DNA from: an uncultured Gemmatimonadaceae bacterium | GTDB taxonomy: Bacteria; Gemmatimonadota; Gemmatimonadetes; Gemmatimonadales; GWC2-71-9 | NCBI GenBank assembly: GCA_964519805.1 | Contig: CAZFKN010000002.1 | Location: forward strand, 3,814-67,813 | Length of the DNA: 64,000 bases | Reading direction: 5' to 3' | Shown: positions 39,645-49,807 of the stretch, in pieces | Position numbering within the stretch: position 1 is the stretch's first letter | Layout of the letters: each line of letters starts with the position of its first letter | Program-made: the position numbers and the translations under genes | The notes under the pieces: model-generated | Seen by the model: only the letters and a program-made list of their open reading frames with translations | Told to the model about the DNA's origin: nothing | Databases searched by the model: none

Positions 39645-40576
39645 GCGCCGCCGCTCCGCGAGGCGAAGGCCGCATGCAGATTGCGCCGCATCCCCTCCAG
39701 CCCGGGGCGTGAGAACGGCGTCTGGCCGAAGCGCGCCGCGAACTCGGCTTCGCCCATCTCATCGAAGAAGTCCGGACCGGCACCGTGGAGCAGTCCCCTC
39801 GGGTCGAAGTCGGAGGTCGTCGCTTCGGAGGCGAACCGTACATTCCACGGGCAGACGTCGTTGCAGATGTCGCAACCGAACGCCCAGCCGTCGAGCTTCG
39901 GAACGATTGCTTCCGGAATCGGCCCACGGTGCTCGATGGTGAGATATGCGATGCACCGCGTAGCGTCGAGCACGCGCGGCTCACGGAAGGCTTCCGTGGG
40001 GCACGCGTCCAGGCACCGGGTGCAACTCCCGCAACGGTCCGTCTCGAACGGGGAATCAATGGACAGCGCGAGATCGGTGAAGATGCATCCGATGAAACAG
40101 AAGGAGCCGCCCTCGGGCTGGATCAGCATCGTATTCTTGCCGATCCATCCGAGCCCCGCACGGTGCGCAAGCTCCCGCTCGGGCACCGGGCCGGTATCGG
40201 TGTAGGTCCGCGCGACACTCGCGCCATTCTGGCGGAGGAAATCTGCCAGCCTCTCGAGGCGCCGGAGCGTCGAGCGGTGATAGTCCTCGCCGCGGGCATA
40301 CTTCGCGACCCGAGGTGGTTCCAAGTCCGCAGGCGAGTCTGCCGAGAAATAGTTGTCGAGTACTACTACCACTCTCGTCGCCTCCGTGTCGACGCGACTC
40401 GGCTCCTTCCGCTTCTTGGCTTGCCGGTGGAGGTAGCGCATGGTGCCCGCGTACCCGTTCGCGAGCCACCGATCGAAGTCCGCCGCATGCTGGCTGGGGC
40501 GCAGGTCGGTGATCCCAGCCGCGACGAAACCGAGTCGAGCGGCCTCGAGCTTCAGATCCTGGGAGGTGAGGGACAT
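39641..40576 (-). CDS. queG: tRNA epoxyqueuosine(34) reductase
   Basis: Two 4Fe-4S motifs (CGSCTRCLDACP, CDICNDVCPWN) in a QueG-length protein with a conserved N-terminal region. Confidence 0.9.
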   Translation of the reverse strand: MSLTSQDLKLEAARLGFVAAGITDLRPSQHAADFDRWLANGYAGTMRYLHRQAKKRKEPSRVDTEATRVVVVLDNYFSADSPADLEPPRVAKYARGEDYHRSTLRRLERLADFLRQNGASVARTYTDTGPVPERELAHRAGLGWIGKNTMLIQPEGGSFCFIGCIFTDLALSIDSPFETDRCGSCTRCLDACPTEAFREPRVLDATRCIAYLTIEHRGPIPEAIVPKLDGWAFGCDICNDVCPWNVRFASEATTSDFDPRGLLHGAGPDFFDEMGEAEFAARFGQTPFSRPGLEGMRRNLHAAFASRSGGA

Positions 40577-40598
40577 CCGGGGCGCTTTGCTGGGGCGG

Positions 40599-41903
40599 TC
40601 AGGTCGGAACGCGGTCCCGCGCGCCTTCGGGCGCCGCAGCGGGGTGCCAAGCCTCGGTGATCAGCCGGGCACCGCGTTGATAGGTCAGGTAAGCCCACGC
40701 CCATTCGATCAGCACGAACACGCGGTTCCGGAACCCGATCAGGAAGAAGATGTGGATGAAGATCCACAGGAGCCACGCGACGAATCCGCCGAAATGAAGT
40801 CGGCCGATGTCAGCGACAGCCTGGGCTCGTCCGATGACCGCGAGCTGTCCTTTGTCCCAGTATCTGAAGGGCTGCCGGGATCGACCGCCGAGATCGGCCC
40901 GGATGGCCCGTGCGGCGTACCGCCCCATCTGAATAGCCACCGGGCAGATGCCGGGCAGCGTGCGATCGGCCTCGGCGAACGCCGCGGCGTCGCCCAGGAC
41001 GAAGACTTCCGGGTGCTCAGGGATGGTGCAGTCAGGCCGCACCGGGACCCGCCCCTGACGGTCGAGCGGCACACCAAGAGTCTTCAGCAGCGGACTCGCG
41101 ACGTTGCCCGCGGCCCAGATCACGGTGTTGGTGGGGATAGTCCAGCCGGCGGCGCGAACGGCGCCCGGTCGGACGTCCGTCACGAAGGTGTCCGTGCGGA
41201 CGTCCACGCCGAGCTTCCGCAGCTCGCGCTTCGCTTCGGCACTGAGGGTCTCCGGGTACGACGGGAGAATCCGCGGCCCCCCCTCGAGCAGCAGCACGGT
41301 GGCGTCGCGCGGGTCGATGTGCCGGAAATCGCGGCGCAGGGCGAAGCTGCGGATCTCGGCCACGGCTCCCGCCATCTCGACCCCGGTCGCGCCGCCGCCG
41401 ACGATCACGAAGGTGAGATCGGCGTGCCGCTTTACCGGATCGACCTCGCGCTCCGCTCGCTCGAACGCCGTGAACACGCGGCGCCGGATCTCGAGCGCAT
41501 CCTCCAAGCTCTTGAGGCCGGGCGCGAGACGCTCCCATTCGTCGTGCCCGAAATAGCTGTGGCGGGCACCGGTGCCCACCAGCAGGTAGTCGTAGGGAAG
41601 TCGAGTGCGGTCCGCAAGGTCGACAGCCCGGGCGGCGGTATCGACCCGGGTCACCTCAGCCATGACGACATCGACGTTCTTCTGGCGGCGGAAAATGGAG
41701 CGAATCGGCGCGGTGATGTCGGCCGGATTGAGACCGGCGGTCGCGACCTGGTACAACATCGGCTGGAAGAGGTGATAGTTCTTCCGGTCGACCAGCGTCA
41801 CCCGGACGCGAGCGCCCCTGAGGGCACGGGCCGCGTAGATTCCCGCGAACCCGCCGCCGGCGATGACGACGTGCGGTATCGGCCGTTCGCTCGAGGCCCT
41901 CAC
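40599..41903 (-). CDS. type II NADH dehydrogenase (NDH-2)-like FAD oxidoreductase
   Basis: VVIAGGGFAG and VIVGGGATGVE dinucleotide motifs with a C-terminal membrane-anchoring helix. GTG 41903 overlaps the stop of the upstream small ORF (GTGA). Confidence 0.85.
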   Translation of the reverse strand: MRASSERPIPHVVIAGGGFAGIYAARALRGARVRVTLVDRKNYHLFQPMLYQVATAGLNPADITAPIRSIFRRQKNVDVVMAEVTRVDTAARAVDLADRTRLPYDYLLVGTGARHSYFGHDEWERLAPGLKSLEDALEIRRRVFTAFERAEREVDPVKRHADLTFVIVGGGATGVEMAGAVAEIRSFALRRDFRHIDPRDATVLLLEGGPRILPSYPETLSAEAKRELRKLGVDVRTDTFVTDVRPGAVRAAGWTIPTNTVIWAAGNVASPLLKTLGVPLDRQGRVPVRPDCTIPEHPEVFVLGDAAAFAEADRTLPGICPVAIQMGRYAARAIRADLGGRSRQPFRYWDKGQLAVIGRAQAVADIGRLHFGGFVAWLLWIFIHIFFLIGFRNRVFVLIEWAWAYLTYQRGARLITEAWHPAAAPEGARDRVPT

Positions 41904-42160
41904 AGACCCATGGTCTCCCGCCGCCACCGCGCGAACCGGACCACGTCGTCCACCGGCGGCACGGCGTTCTCGTCGGCGTAGGCGGTGTACATCCGCCAGC
42001 GGAGGTACTCGCGGTCGGGGAGCGGCAGGAAGGGAGACCGCCGCCACCAGTCCCGCCGCCGAAATGCCCACGCAGCCCCGACCAGATCACGGGCGAGCCG
42101 CGGGTTGATCAGGGCCCGTGCGGTGAGGCGCGCTGTGAGCGAGAACCAGGTGGCGGCCAT
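41900..42160 (-). CDS. hypothetical Trp/Arg-rich small protein (86 aa)
   Basis: ATG start. The stop overlaps the NDH-2 start. A TATCTT box lies 6 nt upstream. No recognisable family. Confidence 0.4.
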   Translation of the reverse strand: MAATWFSLTARLTARALINPRLARDLVGAAWAFRRRDWWRRSPFLPLPDREYLRWRMYTAYADENAVPPVDDVVRFARWRRETMGL

Positions 42161-42203
42161 CGCGATAAGATAATTGCGGTGGCTGGGGTATATTCCCCGG
42201 GCT

Positions 42204-43352
42204 ATGGCCGCCGCATCGGTTTCGGCGCCGCCCGCGCGGCAATTCCGGGACGAGTTCCCGATCTTCCGCCATGCGATCTATCTGAACAGCTGCTCGCTCG
42301 GTCCGCTGTCCCGGCGCTCACGCATTCGGGTTGCGGAGTATCTCGACCTGTGGGAGCGGCGCGGTGCGGCGGCTTGGTACGATGTCTGGTGGGCGGCGCT
42401 GGGCGAGTTGCGCGAGCGCTACGGCCGGGTCGTCGGGGCCGACGCCGCGAATATCGCCCTGCACCCGAACATCTCCGGCGCGCTCTCGGCCGTCGCCGAA
42501 GCGTTGGACTACCGAACCCGACCCAAGGTCGTGGTAACCGGGCTCGACTTCCCGACCATTGCCTATCAGTGGCTGGCCAAGGCGGGTGAGGGCGTCGAGG
42601 TCCAGCTGGTGGAGAGCGCGGACGGCGTCCAGGTGCCGTTGGAGCAGATCGAGCGCGCGGTGGACAGCCGCACCGCGCTGGTGGCAACCAGCCACGTGTT
42701 CTTCACCTCCGGCGCGATACAGGACGTCGCCGCACTCGCCGGCATCGCCCATCGGAAGGGTGCCCTGCTGCTGGTGGACGGGTACCAGGCCACGGGCCAG
42801 CTTCCGGTGGACGTGCGACGGCTGGACGTCGACTTCTACTGCGCCGGCGGGCTCAAGTGGCTGCTTGGCGGATCCGGAATCGCGTTTCTGTACGTGCGAC
42901 CAGAACTCGTGACCGGGCTCGCGCCCCGGGCCACCGGTTGGTTCGCCCATCGGGAGCAGTTCCTATTCGACCCGCGGAGACTCGTTCCTCACGACGATGC
43001 CCGTCGATTCGAGGCGGGAACCCCGGCGATGGCGTCGGTCTATGCGCAGTTAGGCGGCCTCGACGTACTCGAGCAGGTCGGAATCGAGGCGATTCGGCGC
43101 GCCACGATGGCACTCGCGGAGGACCTGATCGAGCGGGCTCGGGAAGCCGGGCTCGCGTGCAAGGTCGCGGCGACAAAGGAGGCTCGGTCGGGGATCGTGA
43201 TGCTGTCGAGTGCGGATCCCCCCGGGGACGTGCGCCGGCTCGGCGACGCCGGCATCATCGTCGATGCCCGACCGGGCCACATTCGCGTCTCACCCTATTT
43301 CTACAATGTGCCGGATGATCATCTCGCGCTGGTGGAGCTTCTGAAGTCGTGA
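42204..43352 (+). CDS. class-V-fold PLP-dependent enzyme (no desulfurase cysteine)
   Basis: PLP lysine motif AGGLKWLLG. The C-terminal RPGHIRVSPYFYN lacks the catalytic Cys seen in the SufS of this window (RAGHHCAQP). I prefer ATG 42204; the longest ORF starts at TTG 42174. Confidence 0.8.
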   Translation: MAAASVSAPPARQFRDEFPIFRHAIYLNSCSLGPLSRRSRIRVAEYLDLWERRGAAAWYDVWWAALGELRERYGRVVGADAANIALHPNISGALSAVAEALDYRTRPKVVVTGLDFPTIAYQWLAKAGEGVEVQLVESADGVQVPLEQIERAVDSRTALVATSHVFFTSGAIQDVAALAGIAHRKGALLLVDGYQATGQLPVDVRRLDVDFYCAGGLKWLLGGSGIAFLYVRPELVTGLAPRATGWFAHREQFLFDPRRLVPHDDARRFEAGTPAMASVYAQLGGLDVLEQVGIEAIRRATMALAEDLIERAREAGLACKVAATKEARSGIVMLSSADPPGDVRRLGDAGIIVDARPGHIRVSPYFYNVPDDHLALVELLKS

Positions 43353-44113
43353 CCGAAACGTCGCCCCGCGGCCCGCATCGTCCCGGCGAAGCGAAGCCCC
43401 TCACTGAAGACGAGGTTCTCCTCGAGAGCCCGTCGCCCCGGGAAGTCGAGCTGCACAAGGCATCCGACTCCTGGCGGGCGCTCCGCATCCTGGGCGAATT
43501 CGTTTGGGGGTTCGAGAACCTCGCCGACGTGAGCGGCGGCGTCTCGATCTTCGGCTCGGCGCGCACTCGGCCGGAGGATCCCGACTATCAGGCCGCCACG
43601 GAAACGGCGCGACTCCTCTCGAAGGCGGGCATCCCTGTCATCACCGGCGGCGGTCCCGGCATCATGGAGGCGGCGAACCGCGGCGCGTACGAAGCAGGCG
43701 GCCTCTCGATCGGTTGCAATATCGAGCTCCCGTTCGAGCAGGGGACGAATGCGTACGTCACGCGGAGCCTGATGTTCAAGTTCTTCTTCGTCCGGAAGAT
43801 GATGTTCGTGAAGTACGCCAGCGCGTTCATCGTGTTCCCCGGCGGCTATGGGACGCTGGACGAGTTGTTCGAGGCCCTGACACTGATCCAGACGGGCAAG
43901 GTGAAGCATTTCCCGGTCATTCTCTTTGGTCGGCGCTATTGGAGCGGCATGGTGGACTGGCTTCGGGAGACGGTGGCGGCCGAGCGCAAGGTCAACGTGG
44001 AGGATCTCGAGCTCTTCCGTGTGACGGATGACCCCGCCGAAGCCGTGCAGCTCGTTATCGCCGCGCGCAACGGGCAGCCGGCGAGGAAGAGGAAGGAGAA
44101 GCCCAGGTCATGA
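43349..44113 (+). CDS. LOG-family (TIGR00730) nucleotide phosphoribohydrolase
   Basis: [14 protein letters not shown] and [12 protein letters not shown] motifs. GTG overlaps the upstream stop (GTGA). Confidence 0.85.
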   Translation: MTETSPRGPHRPGEAKPLTEDEVLLESPSPREVELHKASDSWRALRILGEFVWGFENLADVSGGVSIFGSARTRPEDPDYQAATETARLLSKAGIPVITGGGPGIMEAANRGAYEAGGLSIGCNIELPFEQGTNAYVTRSLMFKFFFVRKMMFVKYASAFIVFPGGYGTLDELFEALTLIQTGKVKHFPVILFGRRYWSGMVDWLRETVAAERKVNVEDLELFRVTDDPAEAVQLVIAARNGQPARKRKEKPRS

Positions 44114-45279
44114 CACGCCCGTCGGCGGCATACCTGCGTGGTCAGCGGATCGATCCCCAAGCGACGACCGGGCGGGAAACGGCCGCCGACCTGATCGACA
44201 ACGCGTTTCTCGCCTACAATGCCGGGCGCCTTCGTGAGGGGTGCGCGCTCTTCTCCCAGCGGATGCTCGCGTCGGACGTTACCGTCGGCATGAGCCTGAC
44301 CGGCGCGATGACGCCGGCCGGCCTCGGGATGAGCTGCCTCATCCCGCTGATGGAAGTCGGGTTCGTCGACTGGGTGATCTCAACCGGTGCGAATCTCTAT
44401 CACGACGCGCACTTCGGGCTCGGCCTGGCCATGCATCGCGGGACACCGCACGCGGATGACGTGGAGCTGCGCGACAAGGGCGTGGTCCGGATCTACGACA
44501 TCTTCTTCGACTACTCGGTGCTCTTGTCCACGGACGCATTCGTCCGCGAGGTCTCGGCCCGGGCAGAGTTCCAGCGACCCATGAGCAGCGCAGAGTACCA
44601 TTGGCTCCTGGGGAAGTACCTGCTGGAGCGCGAGCGGGCCCTCGGCCTGACCCGCCGCTCGGTACTGGCCGCAGCCTACCAGCTCGACGTACCGGTCTAC
44701 ACCAGCTCGCCGGGGGACAGCTCGATCGGGATGAACGTGGCCGAGCAGGCGCTGGCGGGGAGCAAACTCCGGTTCGACGTCAGCGCCGACGTGAATGAAA
44801 CTGCGGCGATCGTTCTGGAGGCGAAGCGGTCGGCGGGGAAGAGCGCCTGTCTCATCATGGGCGGCGGCAGTCCCAAGAACTTCATGCTCCAAACCGAACC
44901 CCAGATCCAGGAGGTGCTCGGCATCGACGAGCGCGGGCACGACTACTTCCTCCAGATGACCGATGCGCGTCCGGACACCGGCGGACTCTCCGGCGCTACG
45001 CCGGCGGAGGCGGTGAGTTGGGGCAAGATCGACCCGGACCAGCTGCCCGGAACGGTGGTGGTCTACTGTGACAACTCGATTGCCCTACCGCTACTCACGG
45101 CCTACGCACTGGCGCGGCACGAGCCCCGCCCGCTCAAGCGTCTGTACGGCAAGCGCGAGGCGATGCTGCGCCGGCTGATCGACGAGTATCACGCGGCACT
45201 CGCGTCCCGGGACCGTCGAGCCGAGGCGTCGCTCGCTGAGACACAACCGGCCGGAGGGGCCAAAGCGGTCGGTCGGTGA
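44110..45279 (+). CDS. deoxyhypusine synthase-like protein
   Basis: DHS family pattern, including GGGSPKNF (position of the catalytic Lys) and [12 protein letters not shown] overlaps the upstream stop (ATGA). Confidence 0.85.
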   Translation: MTRPSAAYLRGQRIDPQATTGRETAADLIDNAFLAYNAGRLREGCALFSQRMLASDVTVGMSLTGAMTPAGLGMSCLIPLMEVGFVDWVISTGANLYHDAHFGLGLAMHRGTPHADDVELRDKGVVRIYDIFFDYSVLLSTDAFVREVSARAEFQRPMSSAEYHWLLGKYLLERERALGLTRRSVLAAAYQLDVPVYTSSPGDSSIGMNVAEQALAGSKLRFDVSADVNETAAIVLEAKRSAGKSACLIMGGGSPKNFMLQTEPQIQEVLGIDERGHDYFLQMTDARPDTGGLSGATPAEAVSWGKIDPDQLPGTVVVYCDNSIALPLLTAYALARHEPRPLKRLYGKREAMLRRLIDEYHAALASRDRRAEASLAETQPAGGAKAVGR

Positions 45280-46784
45280 CGGGAAAGACCGGTGCGGCCC
45301 CGCCGGGGCCGAGCCTCACCACCGCCTACCGGTGGTACGCGCTCGGCCTCCTCGCCCTCATCAACCTCCTCAACTACCTCGACCGCAACGTCATCTTCGC
45401 GCTGTTCGAGCCGATCAAGCGCGACCTGGGGCTGACCGATACCCAGCTCGGTTGGCTCGGCTCGGCGTACATCCTGGTCTTCTCGGTGGCCGCGCTGCCC
45501 TTCGGCGTGATCAGCGATCTCCGCTCCCGGCGGGCGGTGATTGCCGCCGGCGTGACCGTCTGGAGCGCGTTCACCGCGCTCGGGGCGGCCGTCCGGAACT
45601 TCGGGCACCTGTTCATCTGCCGGGCGGCCGTCGGCATCGGAGAGGCAGCGTTCGGTCCGGCGGCGGCGTCGCTAGTGGCAGACTACTTCCCCGGCAAGGG
45701 TCGCGCGGCGGCCATGGGAATCCTGTCGTCGGGGATCGCGCTTGGCGGGGTGCTTGGTATCGGATTGGGCGGCGTGCTCGAGAAGCACTACGGTTGGCGG
45801 GTCGCCTTTCTCGTCGTCGGGATCCCGGGCATGCTCTGCGCCGTAGCCGCGGCGCGGCTCGTGGACCCGACCCGCCGGCCGTCGACGGTCACGCTCCGCG
45901 AGTTCTTCGCCGACCGGGACGGCGCCGTTGCCATGCTCCGCCGGGACTTCCCGTGCACAATGATCGGTGTGGCCGTCGGTTTCGGCACCGCCATCGCGCT
46001 CGGTAGGGTCTACGACTCGAAGCTCGACGTTGCGGTGCTCGGAGCGGCGGTGGGACTGGGGCTCGCCGGCGACATTCTGCGGTGGGCTCGGCTCATCCGT
46101 AGCGGCAAGATCGGCACCACGCCGCTCGGCGGCGAGTTGGGGGGCGCCATCGACGACATCGTCGGCGCGGTGAAGCGGGTGCTCGCCACGCCCACCCTGG
46201 TGTACGTCTTCGTGGCGGGCGCCATGATTTCATTCGGCATGAACGGGATCGTAGGCTGGGGACCGACCTTCATTGCCCGAGAGCTGGGTTTGACCTCGTC
46301 CCAGGCCGCGACGCTGCTCGGCAAGTGGGGCCTGCTCGCCGGGACGGCCGGCACGTTGTTCGGTGGGGGCCTCGCGGACTGGCTGCGGCGCTACACCGAC
46401 CAGGCCCGGGTCATCACCGTGGCACTCGGCCTCCTGATCGGCGCGCCGGCCGCGATCTGGCTGCTCACGGTCCGGGACCAGACCATCTTCATTCCCGTGT
46501 TCTTCGGCGCGTTCTTCTTCCTCTCGTGGTACAACGGTCCGCTGACCGCGGTGATCTTCGACGTCGTGCCGGCGCGGGTGGGCGCTACGGTCGCAGGTGC
46601 CTACCTGCTGTTCATCCATCTGGCCGGTGACGCCATCGCATTCCCGCTGGTAGGGGCGCTCTCGGATCGCTTCGGGATCGACCGCGCGGTGTTCGTGCTC
46701 CCCTCGATGGCCCTGCTCGGCGGACTCGTGGTGCTCGGCGCGATCCGGACGGTCGGCGCGGACATGAGGCGGGTGACGCAGTAG
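45276..46784 (+). CDS. MFS transporter (Spinster-like)
   Basis: About 12 TM segments. N-terminal LNYLDRNVI motif, typical of the Spinster-like MFS subgroup. GTG overlaps the upstream stop (GTGA). Confidence 0.85.
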   Translation: MTGKTGAAPPGPSLTTAYRWYALGLLALINLLNYLDRNVIFALFEPIKRDLGLTDTQLGWLGSAYILVFSVAALPFGVISDLRSRRAVIAAGVTVWSAFTALGAAVRNFGHLFICRAAVGIGEAAFGPAAASLVADYFPGKGRAAAMGILSSGIALGGVLGIGLGGVLEKHYGWRVAFLVVGIPGMLCAVAAARLVDPTRRPSTVTLREFFADRDGAVAMLRRDFPCTMIGVAVGFGTAIALGRVYDSKLDVAVLGAAVGLGLAGDILRWARLIRSGKIGTTPLGGELGGAIDDIVGAVKRVLATPTLVYVFVAGAMISFGMNGIVGWGPTFIARELGLTSSQAATLLGKWGLLAGTAGTLFGGGLADWLRRYTDQARVITVALGLLIGAPAAIWLLTVRDQTIFIPVFFGAFFFLSWYNGPLTAVIFDVVPARVGATVAGAYLLFIHLAGDAIAFPLVGALSDRFGIDRAVFVLPSMALLGGLVVLGAIRTVGADMRRVTQ

Positions 46785-46820
46785 CCTCAGTCCTCCCGCC
46801 AGGGGTCCGGCGGTGATCCG

Positions 46821-47174
46821 CTAACGCGCCGCCCGGTAGACCAGGTCGAGCAGCTCGGCGTACATCGCCTCGGTGCGCTCCGGATCACCCGAGCGGATCG
46901 CGCTGGTCGCGCAGTGACGCAGGTGGTTGTCCAGCAGCGTGCGGCCCGCACTCCGGAGGGCTTCCTGTACCGACGACACCTGCACCAGCACGTCGGCGCA
47001 GTAGCGCTCCTCTTCCACCATCTTCTGCAGGCCCCGCACCTGCCCCTCGATTCGGCGAAGCCGCGTGAGCAGCGCCTGTTTCGTCTCGGGCGCGAGGGCG
47101 ACCGCATGGACCCCGTCTCCCGGGCGGAGGCACGGGCACGAGGCCGCTTCCGCGGCCATCGGTTCTCCGGTCAT
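46821..47174 (-). CDS. csoR: CsoR/RcnR-family metal-sensing repressor
   Basis: [21 protein letters not shown] core with Cys-His-Cys ligand positions (RYCADV ... HLRHC). ATG overlaps the copA stop. Confidence 0.85.
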   Translation of the reverse strand: MTGEPMAAEAASCPCLRPGDGVHAVALAPETKQALLTRLRRIEGQVRGLQKMVEEERYCADVLVQVSSVQEALRSAGRTLLDNHLRHCATSAIRSGDPERTEAMYAELLDLVYRAAR

Positions 47175-49375
47175 GCGCGCTTGAGCCTCAGGCTGTTGGT
47201 CACCACGCTCACACTGCTGACCGCCATCGCGGCCGCTGCGAGCGCCGGGGTGAGCAGGATCCCGAACGCCGGATAGAGCGCACCAGCGGCGACCGGGATC
47301 CCGATGACGTTGTAGACGAACGCCCAGAACAGGTTTTGCCGGATCACCCGCATTGCGCGGCGCGCCAGCCCGACGGCGTGCACCACGCCGAGCAAGTCCC
47401 CACGCATGAGCGTGATCCCGGCCGTTTCCATGGCGACATCGGTGCCGGTCCCGATGGCGATGCCCAGGTCCGCTTGTGCGAGCGCGGGCGCATCGTTGAG
47501 TCCGTCCCCCACCATCGCCACGACGCGGCCGGATTCCTGGATCTGTCGCAGCGCTTCGAGCTTCCGGTCTGGAAGGATCTCGGCCACGACGCGCTCGATT
47601 CCCACGGCGCGGGCCACACTCTCCGCCGTACGTCGATCGTCGCCGGTCAGCATGACGATCTCGAGTCCGAGCGCCTTGAGTTCCGCCACCGCCTCCCGAC
47701 TCGTGGGTCTCACCGGGTCGGCAATGGCAACGAGCCCGCCGATCCGACCGTCGACGGCGACGTACACGGGCGTCGCGCCCTGAGCCGCCAGCCGCTCGGC
47801 ATCGCGATCGACGGCGTCCACAGGCAGCCCCCGCTCCTCCATCAACCGCCGGCTGCCGACGAGGACGTTGTGGCCGGCAACGCGACCGGTGACACCCCGC
47901 CCGGCGTGCGCGCTGAACGCCTCGGGATCGACCAGCTCGAGCCGGCGGTCCAGCGCGGCCCTCACGATCGCATCGGACAGCGGGTGCTCGCTCAGCCGCT
48001 CCAACGACGCGGCCAGCCGAAGCGATTCGTCGGCGAGGCCATTGTACGTCACACCGGGCCGGCCCTCCGTGACGGTGCCGGTCTTGTCCAGCGCGACGAC
48101 GTCAAGCTCGGCTGCCCGCTGGAGGGCATCGCCGCCCTTGATCAGCGCACCGAGCTCCGCTCCCCGACCCGTGGCCACCATTACCGCCGTCGGCGTCGCG
48201 AGCCCCATGGCGCAGGGACAGGCGATGATGAGCACGGTGACCGCGGAAACGAGCGCGTGGAGATACCGGGGCTCCGGACCTAGTGCGTACCAGAGGCCGA
48301 AGGTCACCACGGCTATGGCGATGACGATCGGCACGAACACGGCCGAGATCCGGTCGGCCAGGCGCTGGATGGGCGCCTTGGCTCCCTGGGCACTTCGCAC
48401 CAGTGCGATGATGCGGGAAAGCACGGTGTCCTGCCCGACCCGCGAGGCGCGGATCTGCAACGACCCGTACCGGTTGAGCGTGGCGCCCACCACTTCGTCA
48501 CCTACCCCCTTTACGACCGGGGCGGGCTCGCCCGTGAGCATCGACTCGTCGACCGTAGTCGTCCCCTGGACCACGACCCCGTCCACCGGAATCCGCTCGC
48601 CCGGGCGCACCAGCAACACGTCTCCGACGCGCACATCGGCGATGGGCACCTCGATTTCGGTTGCCTGGCGAAGCAGGTGGGCGGTTTCCGGACGGAGGCC
48701 CATCAAACCGCGAATGGCGCCGGACGTTCGCCGCTTGGCCCGGACCTCGAGCAAGTTGCCGAGGAGAACCAGCGCGATGATCGTCGCGACGGCCTCGAAA
48801 TAGACTTGCGGCATCACGCCGCGCGCCGCCACCCAACGAGAGGCTGCGGTCATGAAGAGGCTGAAGCCGAACGCCGCGCCCGTGCCGACGGCGATGAGCG
48901 TGTTCATGTCCGCCCCGCCGTGGCGAAGGGCGGCCCACGCCCGCGTGTAGTAGTGCCGGCCGCTCCAGAAGACGACGGGGAGCGTGAGCCCCAGCTCGAG
49001 CCAGCGCATGGTGTCGCTCTGCGGATGGCCGACGATCATCATCGCGACGGCAGGCACGACGGCGACCCAGAACTTGCGCACCAGCATGGTGCTCTCGCGA
49101 TCGCGCTCCTGGTCCTGAAGCTGGAATGCCGCCTCGGCGGTCGCGCCCGCCTGCGGCAACTCGGCCCCGTAGCCCGTGTCGCGGATCGCCGCCACCAGAC
49201 CCTCGGGGGAAATCGTCGCGGGATCGAAATCGACCGCAGCTTCGCCGGTCATCAGGTTCACCGATGCAGACGCGACTCCGGGAGTCTGCTCCAGGGAATG
49301 CTGCACCCGCGCGCTACACGCGGCGCAGGTCATCCCCGACACGGGGATGGTGCGATGCTCGAGCGTCGTCGTCAC
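47171..49375 (-). CDS. copA: copper-translocating P1B-type ATPase
   Basis: N-terminal HMA domain GMTCAACS, transmembrane CPC motif ([10 protein letters not shown]), DKTGT phosphorylation site, [10 protein letters not shown]. Confidence 0.95.
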   Translation of the reverse strand: MTTTLEHRTIPVSGMTCAACSARVQHSLEQTPGVASASVNLMTGEAAVDFDPATISPEGLVAAIRDTGYGAELPQAGATAEAAFQLQDQERDRESTMLVRKFWVAVVPAVAMMIVGHPQSDTMRWLELGLTLPVVFWSGRHYYTRAWAALRHGGADMNTLIAVGTGAAFGFSLFMTAASRWVAARGVMPQVYFEAVATIIALVLLGNLLEVRAKRRTSGAIRGLMGLRPETAHLLRQATEIEVPIADVRVGDVLLVRPGERIPVDGVVVQGTTTVDESMLTGEPAPVVKGVGDEVVGATLNRYGSLQIRASRVGQDTVLSRIIALVRSAQGAKAPIQRLADRISAVFVPIVIAIAVVTFGLWYALGPEPRYLHALVSAVTVLIIACPCAMGLATPTAVMVATGRGAELGALIKGGDALQRAAELDVVALDKTGTVTEGRPGVTYNGLADESLRLAASLERLSEHPLSDAIVRAALDRRLELVDPEAFSAHAGRGVTGRVAGHNVLVGSRRLMEERGLPVDAVDRDAERLAAQGATPVYVAVDGRIGGLVAIADPVRPTSREAVAELKALGLEIVMLTGDDRRTAESVARAVGIERVVAEILPDRKLEALRQIQESGRVVAMVGDGLNDAPALAQADLGIAIGTGTDVAMETAGITLMRGDLLGVVHAVGLARRAMRVIRQNLFWAFVYNVIGIPVAAGALYPAFGILLTPALAAAAMAVSSVSVVTNSLRLKRA

Positions 49376-49581
49376 GATCGGACCTTAGCGCGGTAGCCGG
49401 CCGCCGCCACCGCGGCCTCCAGACGGGCCCGATCGGTGACGGCTTCGTCCAGCCGGACATCCGCGCGACCGATCTGCACCGACTCAACCTGCACACCCGG
49501 CAGCGCCGCGAGGGCGCGGTTGACCGCGTTCAGACAATGCCCGCAGTGCATGCCTTCGATATCCAGCGTCGCGTGGGTCAC
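49372..49581 (-). CDS. copZ: heavy-metal-associated copper chaperone
   Basis: 69 aa with the GMHCGHC metal-binding motif. GTG start. The stop overlaps the copA start (GTGA). Confidence 0.85.
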   Translation of the reverse strand: MTHATLDIEGMHCGHCLNAVNRALAALPGVQVESVQIGRADVRLDEAVTDRARLEAAVAAAGYRAKVRS

Positions 49582-49807
49582 AGCTCGGTCCGTTCGGATA
49601 GGGGGAGGGGGTATGTCAACGTACTATCTGAACGCCGTTTGCGCCATCCCGGTTCCCGACGGCTCGGCGGTGCAAAACGCCGCCCACCGGCAGCGGCGCA
49701 CCATCGGCGGCGAGCGAGGCGGGCGGTCCGCAGCATTGCAAGTCGAGCAGGGGCAGCAGGTTCCGACCTGCCTTTCCGGGGGCATGCCTCATGCTTCTGG
49801 CCCTTGC

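Noticed and set aside
40440-41981. 513-aa plus-strand ORF antisense to NDH-2
   Set aside because: Shadow ORF of low complexity. The minus strand encodes a complete NDH-2 with both dinucleotide motifs.
49613-49807. ATG 49613 (preceded by GGAGGGGG) as the start of the GAF protein, adding 65 aa
   Set aside because: Not excluded. However, the G-rich 'SD' is part of the candidate cop operator, the added peptide has no recognisable features, and GC3 decays toward 49808. I therefore kept 49808 as the working start and flagged the ambiguity.
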